Shown here in pieces: positions 43,652 through 58,600 of a stretch of DNA of 64,000 nt. The position numbers were made by a program, and so were the translations under genes. Location: assembly GCA_012295275.1 (NCBI GenBank), contig CM022672.1:22258001-22322000 (forward strand), in the 5' to 3' direction. The notes below the pieces were generated by a model. It was not told where the DNA came from. It was given only the letters and a program-made list of their open reading frames with translations, and did no database searches. How positions within the stretch are numbered: position 1 is the stretch's first letter; every line of letters begins with the position of its first letter. This DNA is from Chrysomallon squamiferum. Taxonomy: Eukaryota; Animalia; Mollusca.

Positions 43652-46600
43652 AATAATTTAAAAAAAAAAATTAAATTAAAAAATAAATGGCTTCATGTGG
43701 ACAAAAAATTGTTATGGAGATAACAAAGATCTCCCCAAGTATGGCAATACATTAAAATTACTATTTTAAAAAAATAATAATAATTTGCTATTTGTCAAAT
43801 AACAGTCAGTTTAATTGTGACTAAGACTTAATTTCAACCTTTCTAAAAAAAAAAAATTAATTTAAAAGAAACATAAATAATAAGGAAAGAATAATAAGAA
43901 AAAAAAGAATGGAAACAGAGACACACTCACACATTATGACATAAACATAAATTCAAATTAGTACATAGCCTGTTCAGAACCACAAAATATTTGACTACAG
44001 TATAAAAAGATGCTACCTATGAAATCACAATGGACCAATGTAAATGTGGTAATATAGACTACCAGCAATTCTGTTGTAACTCAGTGTATTCTGACAGTTA
44101 AACTTAAAGTCACTATAGATACACAGGAAGCAAAACAAGCACTATACAAGTTAATAATTACAAATCAAATCAATTTTTAAATTTCTTCTTTTTCAAAACC
44201 TGGGATATTCTTTCCATGCAAACTTTAATGCACTTAAAAAACACACATTTTAACTGCAATATGATTGTTTTCCATTTATAAATAATGCAAACAAGAACAG
44301 TTCACAGATTAGATTGACCTACCGAATCACATGAGATTAGGCTTATTATAAAACTGAAGAACAGAGAATAAGGAAACAATTTTAAAAATTATTATTTCAA
44401 AATTGGATCCATTTTCCCCAAAGACTTAAAAGATGAAGTTTAGAATGTCAATTTTTTGAGACGATAAAAAAAAAACATATACAGATTCTAAAGATAATAG
44501 TTCAGAAGCCTTGTTTTAATTGCCTTTAAAAACACTCACACAACCAAGAAACTGATCTTTGAAAATAAATATATACATATATGTTTCATAATAATTACAA
44601 GTGCAGTGTAATAACATCTGTTCTGTAACAGAAGTTTAAGTCAGTGAAAGTGAAGCCTGGTTTCAGATTTCATGCCATTAAAATACAATGAAAACAACAA
44701 AACAACCAAAATAAAACACACCCACTTGTAAGCAGATTAAGACAGACTTAAACCATAAACACTAGTCATAAAAATGACATAAAAATCACATAAAATAAAA
44801 AAAACAAATCAATAGAACACACACACACACACACATGCACTCTCTCTCTCACATGCACACTCTCTCTCACACTCACATTCACACAAAGTTATTCAATAAA
44901 TATTAAACTTAAAAAATCTTTCCATTACCATGAAGCCATTCTAAACACTGATATAAAAAATTAATATACAAATATCATTCAAACATTAGAAAGAACAATC
45001 AATAATTGTATCCAAAATGAAAAAATAAACAACAATACACTGACGGAAAAACATCTGAAGCAATTACTAATAGTATTATTTTTTAAATATTCAAATAATG
45101 CCACATCTTTGAAGCAATTAGCCAATAAATTTATAAAAACATAAAAATCCACTAACCCGAGTTCTTCGTGTGCTTTAATTTCCCGTGAAGAAAAGAAACA
45201 AATTCTTGGAAAGCGAAGATCTTGATGATCGACAAACACTTTGACTGGAATGAGGTTTGGTTCACACAGATGGTTAATGAATCTGCTGATGTTGCCGTAT
45301 TTTCTTGCATCAATGCAGTATGTTTCACCATCCTGAAAAAAGTGTAAAATATGTAAATAAAATCATAAGTAATCAACAACAAAAAACAACAAATTTGTTT
45401 GTGCTAAATCAAGGAAATTTCCATTCTTTTATCCAAATAACTGAATGTTTAATGAAAGTTTGTTGAATAATTTACTTTTACACTTTACTTTCTTGTTCTG
45501 TTAACAAGCCTGTATAATTTATGATCTTTATATTAGGAATATAAACTGCCAATCATTGTAACAAGTCAGTGAAACATGTCATAATATCTGTGGAGTTTAA
45601 AATATACAGTATCTCAGAACACACTATTTCACAGTGACGTCCACTACTTTTAAGCTCAACAGTTAAAAACTGGATCTTAAAAATTTGAACACCTTCAAAT
45701 TTGCGCAGTGTTTGGTCATCATGGATACAGAAAAAAAATTCGGTGTTACTTATTATATGTTTATCTTCATTTATTAAAAATATCTCTCCCTTCCTTATAA
45801 TAACACACACAAACCATATTGAAAACTCTTTTGTAAATTCAATCATTCAAAAAAACAGTGAAACTATTATCTTATGTTTGTTCATATTTTTATTATGTAC
45901 CTATCATAAAACACACACAAACAGATGTATGTGTGTGCATGCACATGTGAGTGCACATATATACAAAAAATACAAAGACAATATTAGTTTTTCTGTCTTT
46001 TGAATGGTATCATTTACTAACATGCTTTTTTTAGCATGTTGAAACACAAATAAAACTGTCTTCAATACTTGGACTCTTATTTATTTATTATGCCTGTACC
46101 TCAGAACACTGAAGTTAACATTGACGTAACTTCCTTGTATTTAAGCTCAACAGTCATTGACTGGATCTCAAATTAGGGAACATCTTAAATTTTGCGCAGT
46201 GTTTAGTCATCATGGGTACAGATATTAATTAATTTGCTTTTTCTTTTTTTAAACTAGTTTATTATTTTATGTCAACATGCAAGTAGTATTAAAACAAAAT
46301 ACTTATTATTACACAGATCCTGGTTTTATTTAGAATGAAAAAGATAAATGGATTATTCTAAGAAAAATGTAAGATACTATCTGTCATTAATACCTAAAAT
46401 TAACAATTAAACAGTGATATTTCCATACCTACTTGCCCAAGATAAGAAACCGAACTAACTATTAAGTTTATTTTAAGGTTATTTTAAAATGATAAATATC
46501 CAATCCAAATCAACTTTGATTAGTACTGTTACTGCCAATTCCTCTGTCCAATTCTTGCTGCAAAGTAGGCATTCTCACAATCTTACAGTTCCAATATCAC

Positions 46601-49600
46601 AAATTTTGAAACCTACTGCTTGAAAAGAATTTAAAGAATTGTGAATAATCTTACCCTGTTGTCAAGATCAAAGAGGTAGGAATCATCTTCTCGACTGTCA
46701 GCCTCAGAATCTGAGATCAGCTCACCAATGTATCTAAGAAAAATATAAAATTAAAATTAATTTTAAAAAATATACCTTAAAATAAAATTAACATATATTT
46801 ATCATTCACTGAGATAAACAGAATATTAAGCTATCAAGATACACAAATAATAAAGACAGTAAAATTATCTGACAATATAATTTAACTTCAGAAACTTCTA
46901 GCAGTTATTATAAATCTTTGTTCAATTAAATCTTATTTCCTAATATGTGTAGATGTTTTACAATTATGTAATTTTTTGGATGCCAGCTCTTCAATATTGC
47001 AAATAGTGTGACTAAAAGAAACTCACTCGCAAACAAATTTTCCTTTTGGAATATCTTGTAGGGTCTTCACACCCCAGCCACGACCATTTGTTTTGAATAA
47101 CTGAAGTCGTACACTGAAAAAAATAAACAATTACAAAACTATATAAAATATTATTTATTTACTACAGTTCTGAGTTGAAAAAAGTAACAAAATATTAAAG
47201 TGTAAAGAATATAAAATATTATCAGAAATATAACAAATTTGTTATCATATTTTAGAGAAGAAAAAGTAACTGGGATATCTTTTTCAATTCAAAAATGGGG
47301 AAAAAATATATATGTATCAAAGTGCAAAAAAAGAAATGTGTTAATATCAAAATACTAATCTTTTATTTCTGAAAATTAAAAATCAAAATAATAAATTATT
47401 TTATAGGAACATTTTTTTAAAATAAAACATTAGTGAATTTTAAATAAAGCACAAAGCATTACACTGCAAAGAAGAAAACATTACTTTCAAAATACTGTTA
47501 GCTGAATCATTTCACACTAAATAATATTAAAAATTATCCACTGTTACAGTACTAAAAATGCAGTCAATACATGTTAACTCAACAACCTTGAAGGTCAATA
47601 TCGTACTTCTTAGAATGAAATTAATAAGAACTATTTCTACATGTTATCTTATTATCTAGACCTGTTTCAGAAATACAAAAAATTATGAATACTGTCCATA
47701 AAAGCTTATTGATTTTGCAATGAAAATCATAAAAATCATTTTTGGTCATAAAAATAAATGTGTCTACTTCTGCACTGCCTACATTTGCACTTTAATACAA
47801 CAATAAGTGAAGCCCCCCTAAAACACTGTGTGAGGATTTAAGAAAATTAAAAAAAAAAAACCCTTTTAAAAATTATTTAAAAGGATAGGCATTGTAAATA
47901 ATTAAACTTTCAGAGTTCACAAAAAAAGTATGATATAAACTGAATTCATGAACTTTGAATGAATTTAAACTCAAAATGGAAACAAATGCAGTTCATGGCT
48001 TAGATTAAAATGTTTTTATTGGGTAAAGAATCTATATTCTAAAAATATTTTTACAGTTAGTAGGTACAGCAGGCAAATTTTTTCTGACTTTAATTATGAC
48101 TCTGTCTCCAGCGGTTAAAAAGATATATGCAAATTGGTACGACAGGTATTTGGTTGTTTTTTAGCCCGATTTTGGCTAATTAGCAGAAAGGGCTACTTTG
48201 GCCACCTGTAGTTTGAAAGGTAATTGACACAAAAGGCTGAAAATCAACAAGAGTGATGGAACCAACTTGCTAAATGAGCTCAAATGTTTTCAGATCTGTA
48301 TGTTTGTATGTCTGTTGACAGTAACATGCTAAACATGCCAAAATCTTCAAAATGACACATGGCAGAATGAGTAAAAGTTCAAATAGACACTGTGGTTTCA
48401 GTTTTTGTCTTATTTGACAAATTTAACCTTGTGTTGTGAACAATTTATCAAGATCTTTCAAATGACAAACTTGAATTTAACATCTGTAATAAAAAATTTT
48501 AACAATTCTGCCAAGCCCATAAAAAAAAATTACCTTTTCAATTTATATAGAACAGCACAACTTTATTTACATAAGCAGCTTCAGTTTTCACTCTATTAAA
48601 TAATTGGTAGTAATAAGTTAAGATACTGTGATATGTATATATCATATATATTTAAATGTTACTTAAAAGATATACAAGCATTTGATGTTTAACCATAATC
48701 CTTTGCAATACATAAACTCAGCTAATCCTTGGAGTCAACTCCAGAAAGGTGCTGCATGTATTAATCAGGGACAATAAAATGTGTATAATCATGAGACAAG
48801 AGGCAATTAAAGACACAGGTGTTATAAGTCTGTCATTTGAAGCAAACATAAAATAATTTTCTTAGCTTTGTACTTGCTGTGATTTGACAGCAAACAGAAG
48901 TTATCTATCATCTGACCATTGTTGAAATTTTCTCTGATAGAGCTTATCAACAAGCAAAAATAATGTTTTAAAACTGATCAATTTATGATTTTACATTTTA
49001 AAAACAGTGATTAGATTTTTATTCAGCATTCCATCAATACCTCTGAATACATTGTTCTATTATGTTGTATAGTTTGTTATGTTTACGATTCTTAATTCAA
49101 CGTTTATCACAAGAATTTTGAAAGCAAAATAATTGACAGTTTTAAACTGAAGATAGTAATCAGCAAAACAATGTTAATTTTATTTATTTCAGAACGCCTT
49201 TTCGCTATGCACATGCTATAATGAATACGCTAAAAGTAGGAACATTAAAGAAAAACAAACAGCCAACAAGTTATTAAAAATATAAACAACATATAAATAT
49301 AATCATTTTAAACAGTGCCAGACCTTTCTAGCTGTACATAAGATCTACGGCAATTTGGGTCTGTAAAAAAAACATAACGTAATGGCGATTTCGCTAAGCA
49401 CATGCTACGTTCAAACACAGAGCTTGTTTTTGCCAAAGATGATACACCATAGTGATGCACATTGTTTGAAAGGTAATTGAATGATCTTTCATTTGATCCC
49501 GTGAACATAGGTTTTATTTTCAGCCAGTTTTTTTCAAAACAGGTTTGAAGGCATGAAAAAGTACATTTTTGGACACAACTTTTGATATAAGCCATTGCCA

Positions 49601-52600
49601 GGAACGACATGCACACTGTTAGAAAGATTGACCTTTGACCCTCCTAGGTGTGCTAAAAATAACATTGAAGCCAGTTTGGTGAAAACAAGCCAGGCATTTG
49701 TAGAGCGACCCTATTTTAGGACTTTTTACTCCACGCTGTTAATTGCTGACCACGGACACCGAAGTGCATTTACCCCCACCGCGTTTAACACTCTCATACA
49801 AAGAACTGACTAAACATACAACAAGAACAACAACACCATTTAAAAGAGCACATAAAGATCTTTAGTTACATGTATTTGTTTTTTATGGTAGGATTTATAG
49901 AAGGGATTTGGAAGTGGAGGAAAATGAAAAAAATCTGAACTTTTAACAGCTTCGACCAATTATATCGGTAGGCTACCGGTACCTACAGTTAGTATAGGAA
50001 AATTAAATACCTTCAAAGTTCTTTGATATATCAGAAGTTTTTGCCCATTCAAAAAGGTGAATAAATTAAAATTTAAATCTTTTAACTTTAGTATTCCACC
50101 GATTTTAATTTCAGTCTTTGTACAAAAAATTACAATATAATACATCCCAAGTGTATGTGTATGCGTGTTCTTTAACACTGTTTTATTTATTAGTGTAAAT
50201 ATCCAATATGATGCTCTAGGTGCTTTTATATTAATTTGTCATCCATAAACCTAAGTTTTTTTGTTTTTTTATATAATTAATTATCCAAGAATACCCATTT
50301 ATAATCAAGTGATCTTTACTGTTTCTTTTGTTTTTTTAAAACATAGTTATACTGCTGGTAAAGCTCAAACAGATGGCAGTAAAGAAATGCTTTTTTACTG
50401 AAGAGTCGCCATTTTGACTATTTTTTGCAGCTTTTCAAAAATATAATTTTATCATTATAAAAAATTTTAAAAATTAAATTATGGCTATTCTTTCTGTTTA
50501 ATGACATAAAAATACATTTTGAGCAATGATCTAGGAATATATTTTAATACTTCCAAGACATAAAAAACTCTTGTGTAATTGTAAAAAGAAATAATATTGT
50601 CCTTTAACAGATTAGTTACAAATGGAATAGGAGTAACAATTTGACAAATATAAAGTTGAAAAAAGTCAGTTTAATGTAATGAAATCTGCAGAACACTAGC
50701 TAATTGCAAAAATTAATTGCAAAAATTCAGTTAAAAAATAAATAAATAAATAAAAATAATGTGGGCTATCCTTTAACAAATTAGTTACAAGTGGAATAGG
50801 AGTAACAATTTGACAAAATTCCATTCTGGACAACTCTGTTATTGCAAAAATTCAGTTTAAAAAAAATAATTAAAAAAATAAAAATAATTCCATTCTGGAC
50901 AACTCTGTTATTGCAATTTGTCCAACATCGACAAGCCCTGTTACACTCAAACACTAAAGGAGGCTCTAATAAATTGGTTTCAGGTATCAAGTGACCCAAC
51001 TGCAAATTAGCCAGACATGCATAAACAATAAGTAACATTCCTGAACAAACAAAACAATTTCAAATATGGATACAGGTAAAATAAGAAAATTCGGTTTGTA
51101 AATGTTTTCGACACAATTTAACCAAGAAATATTTAACACTTATTATCACTATGAAGAATATAAATGTGAAGATTAAAGAACTAAAGTTCTTCAAAAAAAT
51201 ATTTAACTAACAAATCTATCTTCTTTTTTTTTCCTTTTGTAAATACTGTTAATTAAAATATAAGCTGTGCTGTTATTATACTGTTTTGAAAATTGTTTTG
51301 TTAATTTATTTTTTTATAAACACTACTATAACAATACTTTAAGAAATGTTTAAAACATACCTTATCATACCAGCATTTCACACTGCTTCTAGCACAAACA
51401 CAAAACAAAGACGAACAGTCATCTTTGCATCGACAACTCTGTAACATAATAATTTATGAGAAATATAAACATTTGGTTTTGCAATCAAGTATGAAAGAAA
51501 CAACAAGAAAGAAATGTATCAATATAAAACTATAGTTAACCACATAAAACCTCTTACACATATTTTTCTTATATACTGAATTTTTTTTTTCAAGTAGTTA
51601 ATTAGCTGAAAAATAAATCAACAATATACCTAAACTAGTTAAATATATCTGAGGCATGTTTTGCATTAACTGTTGATAATTAACAGTACAAAACCAGAGA
51701 CACATATCTTAAAACATACTGAAAATGTATTTATAGGAATTTAACTGTTAGCAAATTTATAATGAGAAGTAATCCAAAGTAAAATACCTGTAAACTAGTT
51801 AAGGTTCTATTTATATTGAGAGGTGTTGTTTCTATATTTTCATTTACATAGAGGTAGTCTGTTGGGAATGATTCATCATCAACTGCATTTGTACATGCAA
51901 TGGGATTCCTCTCTCGACCAAAGGCAATATCTCTGAAATAAAGAAATTTAATTTGTCATAGAGTGTCGATATTAATACATAGCTTTTAATTATATTTTTG
52001 TTTAAGTTTTCTTTTCTTTTTTATTTTTGTACTTCCCCTTCATGTTTCTATAACCATTTTTTCCTTTTATTTTTTTTCTTTTCATCAGCTTTGGTCCTGG
52101 ATGTTTCTGTTTCACTTCCCCTTCTATTGATGTTAGACTATGAACATTTGTTATTTTTTGTCTTCACTTTAAAACACAATTTAAAGCACAAATCTTTGGG
52201 ACTGTTTCAGTTTTTCAGGGAAAATGGTTATTTTCTGAATTCTTAAAATGACATAAGATTAAGGAAAAATAAATAAAATAATAAAATGAAAAACAGAATA
52301 TGCCGAAAAATGTCTGCAATTTTCTCAGTTTCATCCTTTTCATTTTACTGGGTTTTTGGGGGGTAATGGAAAATTAGTGAAAGATTATTTTTTCAAAACA
52401 AAATTTAAATACAGAAAACATAACAAAGTTGGTGAAATTAAGAAAAAGAAACCCTTTAAAGAACATCTGGAAAACATCAACTGAACCTAAAACCCAACAA
52501 TTTGAAATTATACCAAGGGAAGCAACTCTTGACCAAAACACTTCAAAGATTTCTGTAGAATACAAATATGTGGTGACATAAAAATATTACACTCAGATGA

Positions 52601-55600
52601 CTATGGCTGACTTTTAAAGATACTAGTAGCAGGTTTGTCTGGAGGCTTTAGCTAGTTTAGTTAGTTTTTTTATGTTGTTTTCTTACCTGTGAACTAATTT
52701 TTCAGTTCGACCAAGTTTTGCACCAAAAGCTTTCAGCTGTTTATTGACCTTCAGTGCCATCCAAGATGATGTATTTTGATCAATCATGCACTGAAATATA
52801 ATAAAAACACAGACTACATTATATATATAATCTCTTTTTTATTACAGAAAAATAATTTTTAAATGTTTTTTTTTTAAATTAATGTGACTGAATTTAAGAT
52901 ATTTCCAAAAACAAGAGTATTTATTATACAGTTCTACAGAGCAACTTGAAATAACAAAAAATACATTTTCCTTTATATGATTTAAATATATCAAAAAATG
53001 TTTTTAACAAATAGCTATTTGTGTTAGTAGGGACAACTTTGAACCGTTTGAAGTTATCACAATTCAAAGAACTGTTTATACATTAAAACTCACAAATATT
53101 TATCCTTTATGATGATGATTATCTATAATCATTACTACCTTTCTTATCTAAAAAATAATAATAATCACCTATTCAATGTTCATAACAACAAAATATAAAA
53201 CCCACTTTAAATTCAGTCTTAGAAAATTTAATTTCTCTGTCCTAAAATGTGATCAACTTATGCCATTGAAATAGTTAAATTAAAATATCCTCAACTTGTC
53301 TATATAGCATAGATATATTTTCTGTTTAATTTAATAACTGCTTACTGTCAAAGCTGTGTCACCTTCGTTATTTCGACATTCAACATCTGCTCCTCGTGCC
53401 AACAGCAAACTAAAACATTTATTAAAATATGTGATACAGGTTTACCATTAGTGTAATCCATGCAGCAACCATATTTAAGATCTTTTTACTGTATTTTAAG
53501 TTTTACATTTTATGACCTATAACACAAAGTGCAGACAATGCTGAGGATTTTCTAAGATTTTTATAAACTCATTTTCAAGATTATATGAAGTATAAATAAT
53601 TACTGCTATGAAATTATTTGCTAATTAATGTGGTTACATTTTCTTCTTTTTTAAGGATGTTAGTAACTGTTTTGAATATGAAAACAAAAGTAGAAATTTA
53701 AAATAAATTTTAAAATAGATATGCATGGACATGTAGAAACATACAGAGAGAAGACCAGAAATGTTTTAAAAGTCTGAACTACAGAAATTATTTTCTGTGA
53801 AAATGCTAACACATTATTTTATTTACATTTGACAGTATACTTACACTATACATTCATAATGGTCCTGTCTTGCAGCAATATGCCTTGAAAACAGAAGTTT
53901 TAAATGAATGAATAAACAAATAAAATGGTTAAACATTAACAATGAAAAGAAAAATACAGGTAAATTTCATTATTAAAACAGATACTACTACTTCAACCCT
54001 AAAAACAAAAATGAAATTAAAGATGGTGAAGGAAAAATGTATATCTGTCCAAGTTCTTTCATTTTTTCTCAGATTTCAGAGATAAACACATGAAAGCAAC
54101 AACATAATTTAACAAAGAAATACAAATTATAACTATAAAAAGAAACATGTATGTAGATGAGTTATTCATTTTAATAATTTATTTTGTTTGAACATGAAAT
54201 ATAAGCATAAAATGAAATAAACTGATTTAGATAAACAATCTTTGTAAACAACAAAACAGCTTGCAAAGATTAGCATTATTTTTAAATAAAAATTATTAAT
54301 TAAATTCTAAAAACACAAGTGACCAAACGATACTATCTCAACAGTTTTTAATCTTCATATCTCTAGATTAGCAATAATATTATTTTGAACAATCAGTATT
54401 AGCAAAAATAGAATTAAAATGAGAGAACTTACAGTGGTCGGTCCCCATGTTCATTTGGCGAGTTTATTTCACAGCCAGCTTCTATGAAGAGCTCAGTTAT
54501 GTCAACATTTCCTGAGTAGGCAGCCCAGTGCAAACCTGTGTTTTCTTCCTACAAACAGCAAAAATTCCTGTATTACCAGAACCTTATTTTTTTGCTTAAT
54601 TCTTATTCCCACTGAGGAGTATCCACACCATCATTACAAAATGGAATTTATTCCATCACTATGAAAGGGAATCCATTCTATCATTATGAAAGGGAATCCA
54701 TTCCATCATTATAAAAGGGAATCCATTCTATCACTATGAAAGGGAATCTATTCCATCACTATGAAAGGAAATACATTATTCCATCATTATGAAAGGGAAT
54801 CCATTCCATCATTATGAAAGGGAATCCACTGCATCATTATGAAAGGGAATCCATTCCATCATTATGAAAGGGAATATATTCCATCACTATGAAAGGGAAT
54901 CTATTCTACCAATATGAAAGGGAATACATTCCATCACTCTGAAAGGGAATCCATTATTCCATCTTTATGAAAGGGAATCCATTCTATCACTATGAAAGGG
55001 AATCCATTACATCATTATAAAAGGGAATCTATTATTCCATCATTATGAAAGGGAATCCATTCTATCACTATGAAAGGGAATCCATTCCATCATTATGAAA
55101 GGGAATATATTCCATTACTATGAAAGGGAATCCATTCCATCATTATGAAAGGGAATCCATTCTGTCACTATGAGGGAACCTATTCCATCACTATGAAAGT
55201 GAATCCAATCCATCACTATCTAATTATGCAACCTATTATTAATTGTTATAAAGGTACTAACAGACTTTTCATCTGCTCTTGAATTATTTCAGGTTAATTA
55301 TTTCTGTTTCACTCTGTTTTTTAACTACAAAATTAGCCAATACTTAAATTGATTGCTCATCTGTTTTAATTTATATTTTTAGTTTATTAACTAAATTTAT
55401 AATTCAGATTTTAGTCTGCATTTTATTAAAAACCATACTCTTATCCAGTGACTTCCTGTCATACCAGTACACTTTTTTCTAAAAAAGTAACAATAAACAG
55501 AAAAGCACTAAAACTTACATTATCTTGAATTTTGGGGTCAGCACCTTCGGACATCAGATATTTGACCACAGCCAAGTACTGGGATTCTGCTGCCCAGATT

Positions 55601-58600
55601 ATTGGTGTCCACCCTCCATCATCCTGCAATCAAATAAAAAACAAAATGTAAGTAACCACATCATATATTAATTAATCTAAATAAAAAAAGTTCTCAAATT
55701 CACACTCATTTTTAACCAATCTTGATTACCAGTTTTAATGTAACATCATCATCCTGCACTCAAGCTACATAAAAATTCTTATAAGCAAGAGACCTGTAAT
55801 TCAGAACATTCTACATTTGCAGAACACTTAAAATATTCTCCCAGATACAAGGGGATTTTAACAATGTAAACAGACATGGTGATAAATATACTAATTTATG
55901 AACAATGTTTGCTTCTATTTCTTTAATTGCTGAAGTTTGACTGAATTCAGCAGCTAAAATAGATTCAGACAATATCAAATTATAGTGTTGCTGCAGTTAT
56001 AACTTTCAAGATGAAATATGCAGAAAAACAATACAGGGCAGTGGCATATCAATCTGTCCTTCACATTAATCTACACATTGTGTTTGTAAAATTCTAAAAT
56101 GAAAATCTGCAATGTACTTTCTTTATTTCCAAACATTCATACAAAATGAACCAAATAAAATACAGCAATAACAAAATAAAAGTCAGAAGCAATGTTTTAC
56201 TTGTATGTTAGCATCCATTTTAGTAGTTTCTAGAAGAAATTTTATAATTTCTATGTTTCCTGCTTTTGCTGCATAGTGTAAACAAGACATTCCATCTTCT
56301 CCCTGAAGACAAAAAAAAAAAAATAATAATAATAATTAAATCAGTTTCTGTATGATGATATGAGAAAAGGAAAAAACTGTTGTCATCTTTATAACTTGTG
56401 ACTTTCAGTTATCATTAAGGAATCATTTATAAAAACCATTCCACAGATTTTGTTCAAATAACTGTGTTAATGAAGAAACAAAATGGAGATTCGGTAATAT
56501 ACAATTTGTTTTTACCCTGTCACTGACATCAGCCCCTGCTTTCACCAAATAGTGGACACAGGTAAGATTGTTGCGTTCAGCAGCATACATCAGTGGTGTT
56601 TTTAATTGTTTATCCTTTAGGTGTACAGATGCTCCAGCCTGTGAATTAGAAAGAAAAATAAATAAAGATATAGACAGATAGATAAAACAATGTAATATTT
56701 CAATCTGTTAAAATCACTAACTTGGGCTGGCTTCAACAATAGTGTGTCCATTGAGAAAATAATTATATTAAAGTTACTATTTCATTTATAATTACTAACT
56801 CAGAAAATTATGTAAATCTTTAAAACAATGGTACAAATAATAACCACAACATTTGAATAAAAATGCATTAAAAAAATGCATAAAAATACAGAGACAGAGT
56901 TATATTTCTACTAAGTAAACTGAATATTTACCTGAATAAGGACATGAAGTACAGCCAGATGACAGTTATATGCTGCAGCGTGAAGTGGAGTCTCGTCATC
57001 ATATTCTTCATGTCTCTGATTGGGGTCAGCACCATCCACTAATAAAAAATTAAAATATAAATCAGTAAATAACATATTTAATCATGAAAATCCTAGTTAT
57101 GAAAATTAAATATTTAACATTCCTAATTATGGAATAACTTATTGAATAATATATCGTTAAGGATCATTAATTTACAGATTTAATGATACTGCTAATTATG
57201 CAGGTAAAATATTTAATAATAATTCTTAAAGATCATAATTTTATACATGGAATTATGATATTTCTAATTATGAAGATAAAATATATAACATTCCTAATTA
57301 TGAGAATAAAATATTTTAATATTTATTGACTTCAAGATTACTATTAACAATTCACTTACAGATTTATTTTATATTTTTTTTAATTAAAAGCAGTTCACAC
57401 AGTAATACTGATAACCTTTGAAATTTATTCATTCTGGTGCACCCATGATCATGTGATGATTCACATAAAATTTGTTTTACAATCTACAACTTGCCAACAT
57501 AAACAACTGAGTATTTTTGCATGCAAGGGTCATAACATTTATTTAGTGCTTTAGTTAATTTTGGGGAATAAATTAATTCTGAATATGAATAACTTACTTA
57601 ACATGTAGATGACTTTCTCCACATCACCCTCAATGGCAGGCTGGTACAGTGACTTTGGAAGATTTCTGTACCGTTTGGGCCTGAAGACAATAAATCAGTT
57701 TATTAATGATATTATTATTATACAACTGTTAAATGGTTAAATCATGAATAATGTTTGTCTATCATAACATAAAATATCAAATTAAAACCTGTTTTGTTAA
57801 TAAACAAAAATATAAAATAAAAATAATTCTTAAAATAATAACAACACATTCAGTGCAAAGACAAGATAAAAATAGCAAAAAATTTTTGCTTTTTACTTTC
57901 CAAAAGCTGACAAATATGGCTTTAGCATATAACAGATGTATTTTTGTTTAAAAAGATCATTGTTAAATTATAAAACTTTTAATAAATCTAAGGAAAAAAA
58001 ATAATTATATCAATGAATTAGGATATTACCTTTCTTGATCAAGATGGCCGATGATTTTCTCCAAGGAATGACGATCTGGTCCAAGAGGAACATTAGCTGC
58101 AAAAAATTGTTAATTTCTGTATTTAAAAATAACAATAAAGTAATTAAAATTATACAAGTCATCAAAGAATGTAAATAGGAAGTTGTAAATTATTAAATGA
58201 TACAACATGAGCAAGAGTCAAATTGGTTACTCCTGTGTTAAGGAATTATATTATGATTTTTATCATTTTTAATAATATTATTATAATTAATTAAATTATT
58301 ATTATTATTATCTTTATCAATTATTTTCTTTAAGTAAATTCTATAAATTCAGACTGATTAAAAAGGATTGTTTTTAAGATTGACAAACAAAAAAAACAAA
58401 CCTGTGGATATTGTTTTTGATGAAGGAAGGGTATGGCTCACTATGTTTGTGCTGTTTGCACTATCACTGTCTTTCGCTCTCATTGATGGATACTGCATAT
58501 TCATTTTTGCCTTATTTCTGAAAACAATAATGCAATTTTAGATGTTTTAACATAATTACTGAAAGCATTTTTTATATATACAACTGATAAAACATTTCTA

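Noticed and set aside
57450-57512. GTGATGA..CTGA C/D-like pair on the plus strand
   Set aside because: Antisense to the host gene, with no terminal stem or recognisable guide.
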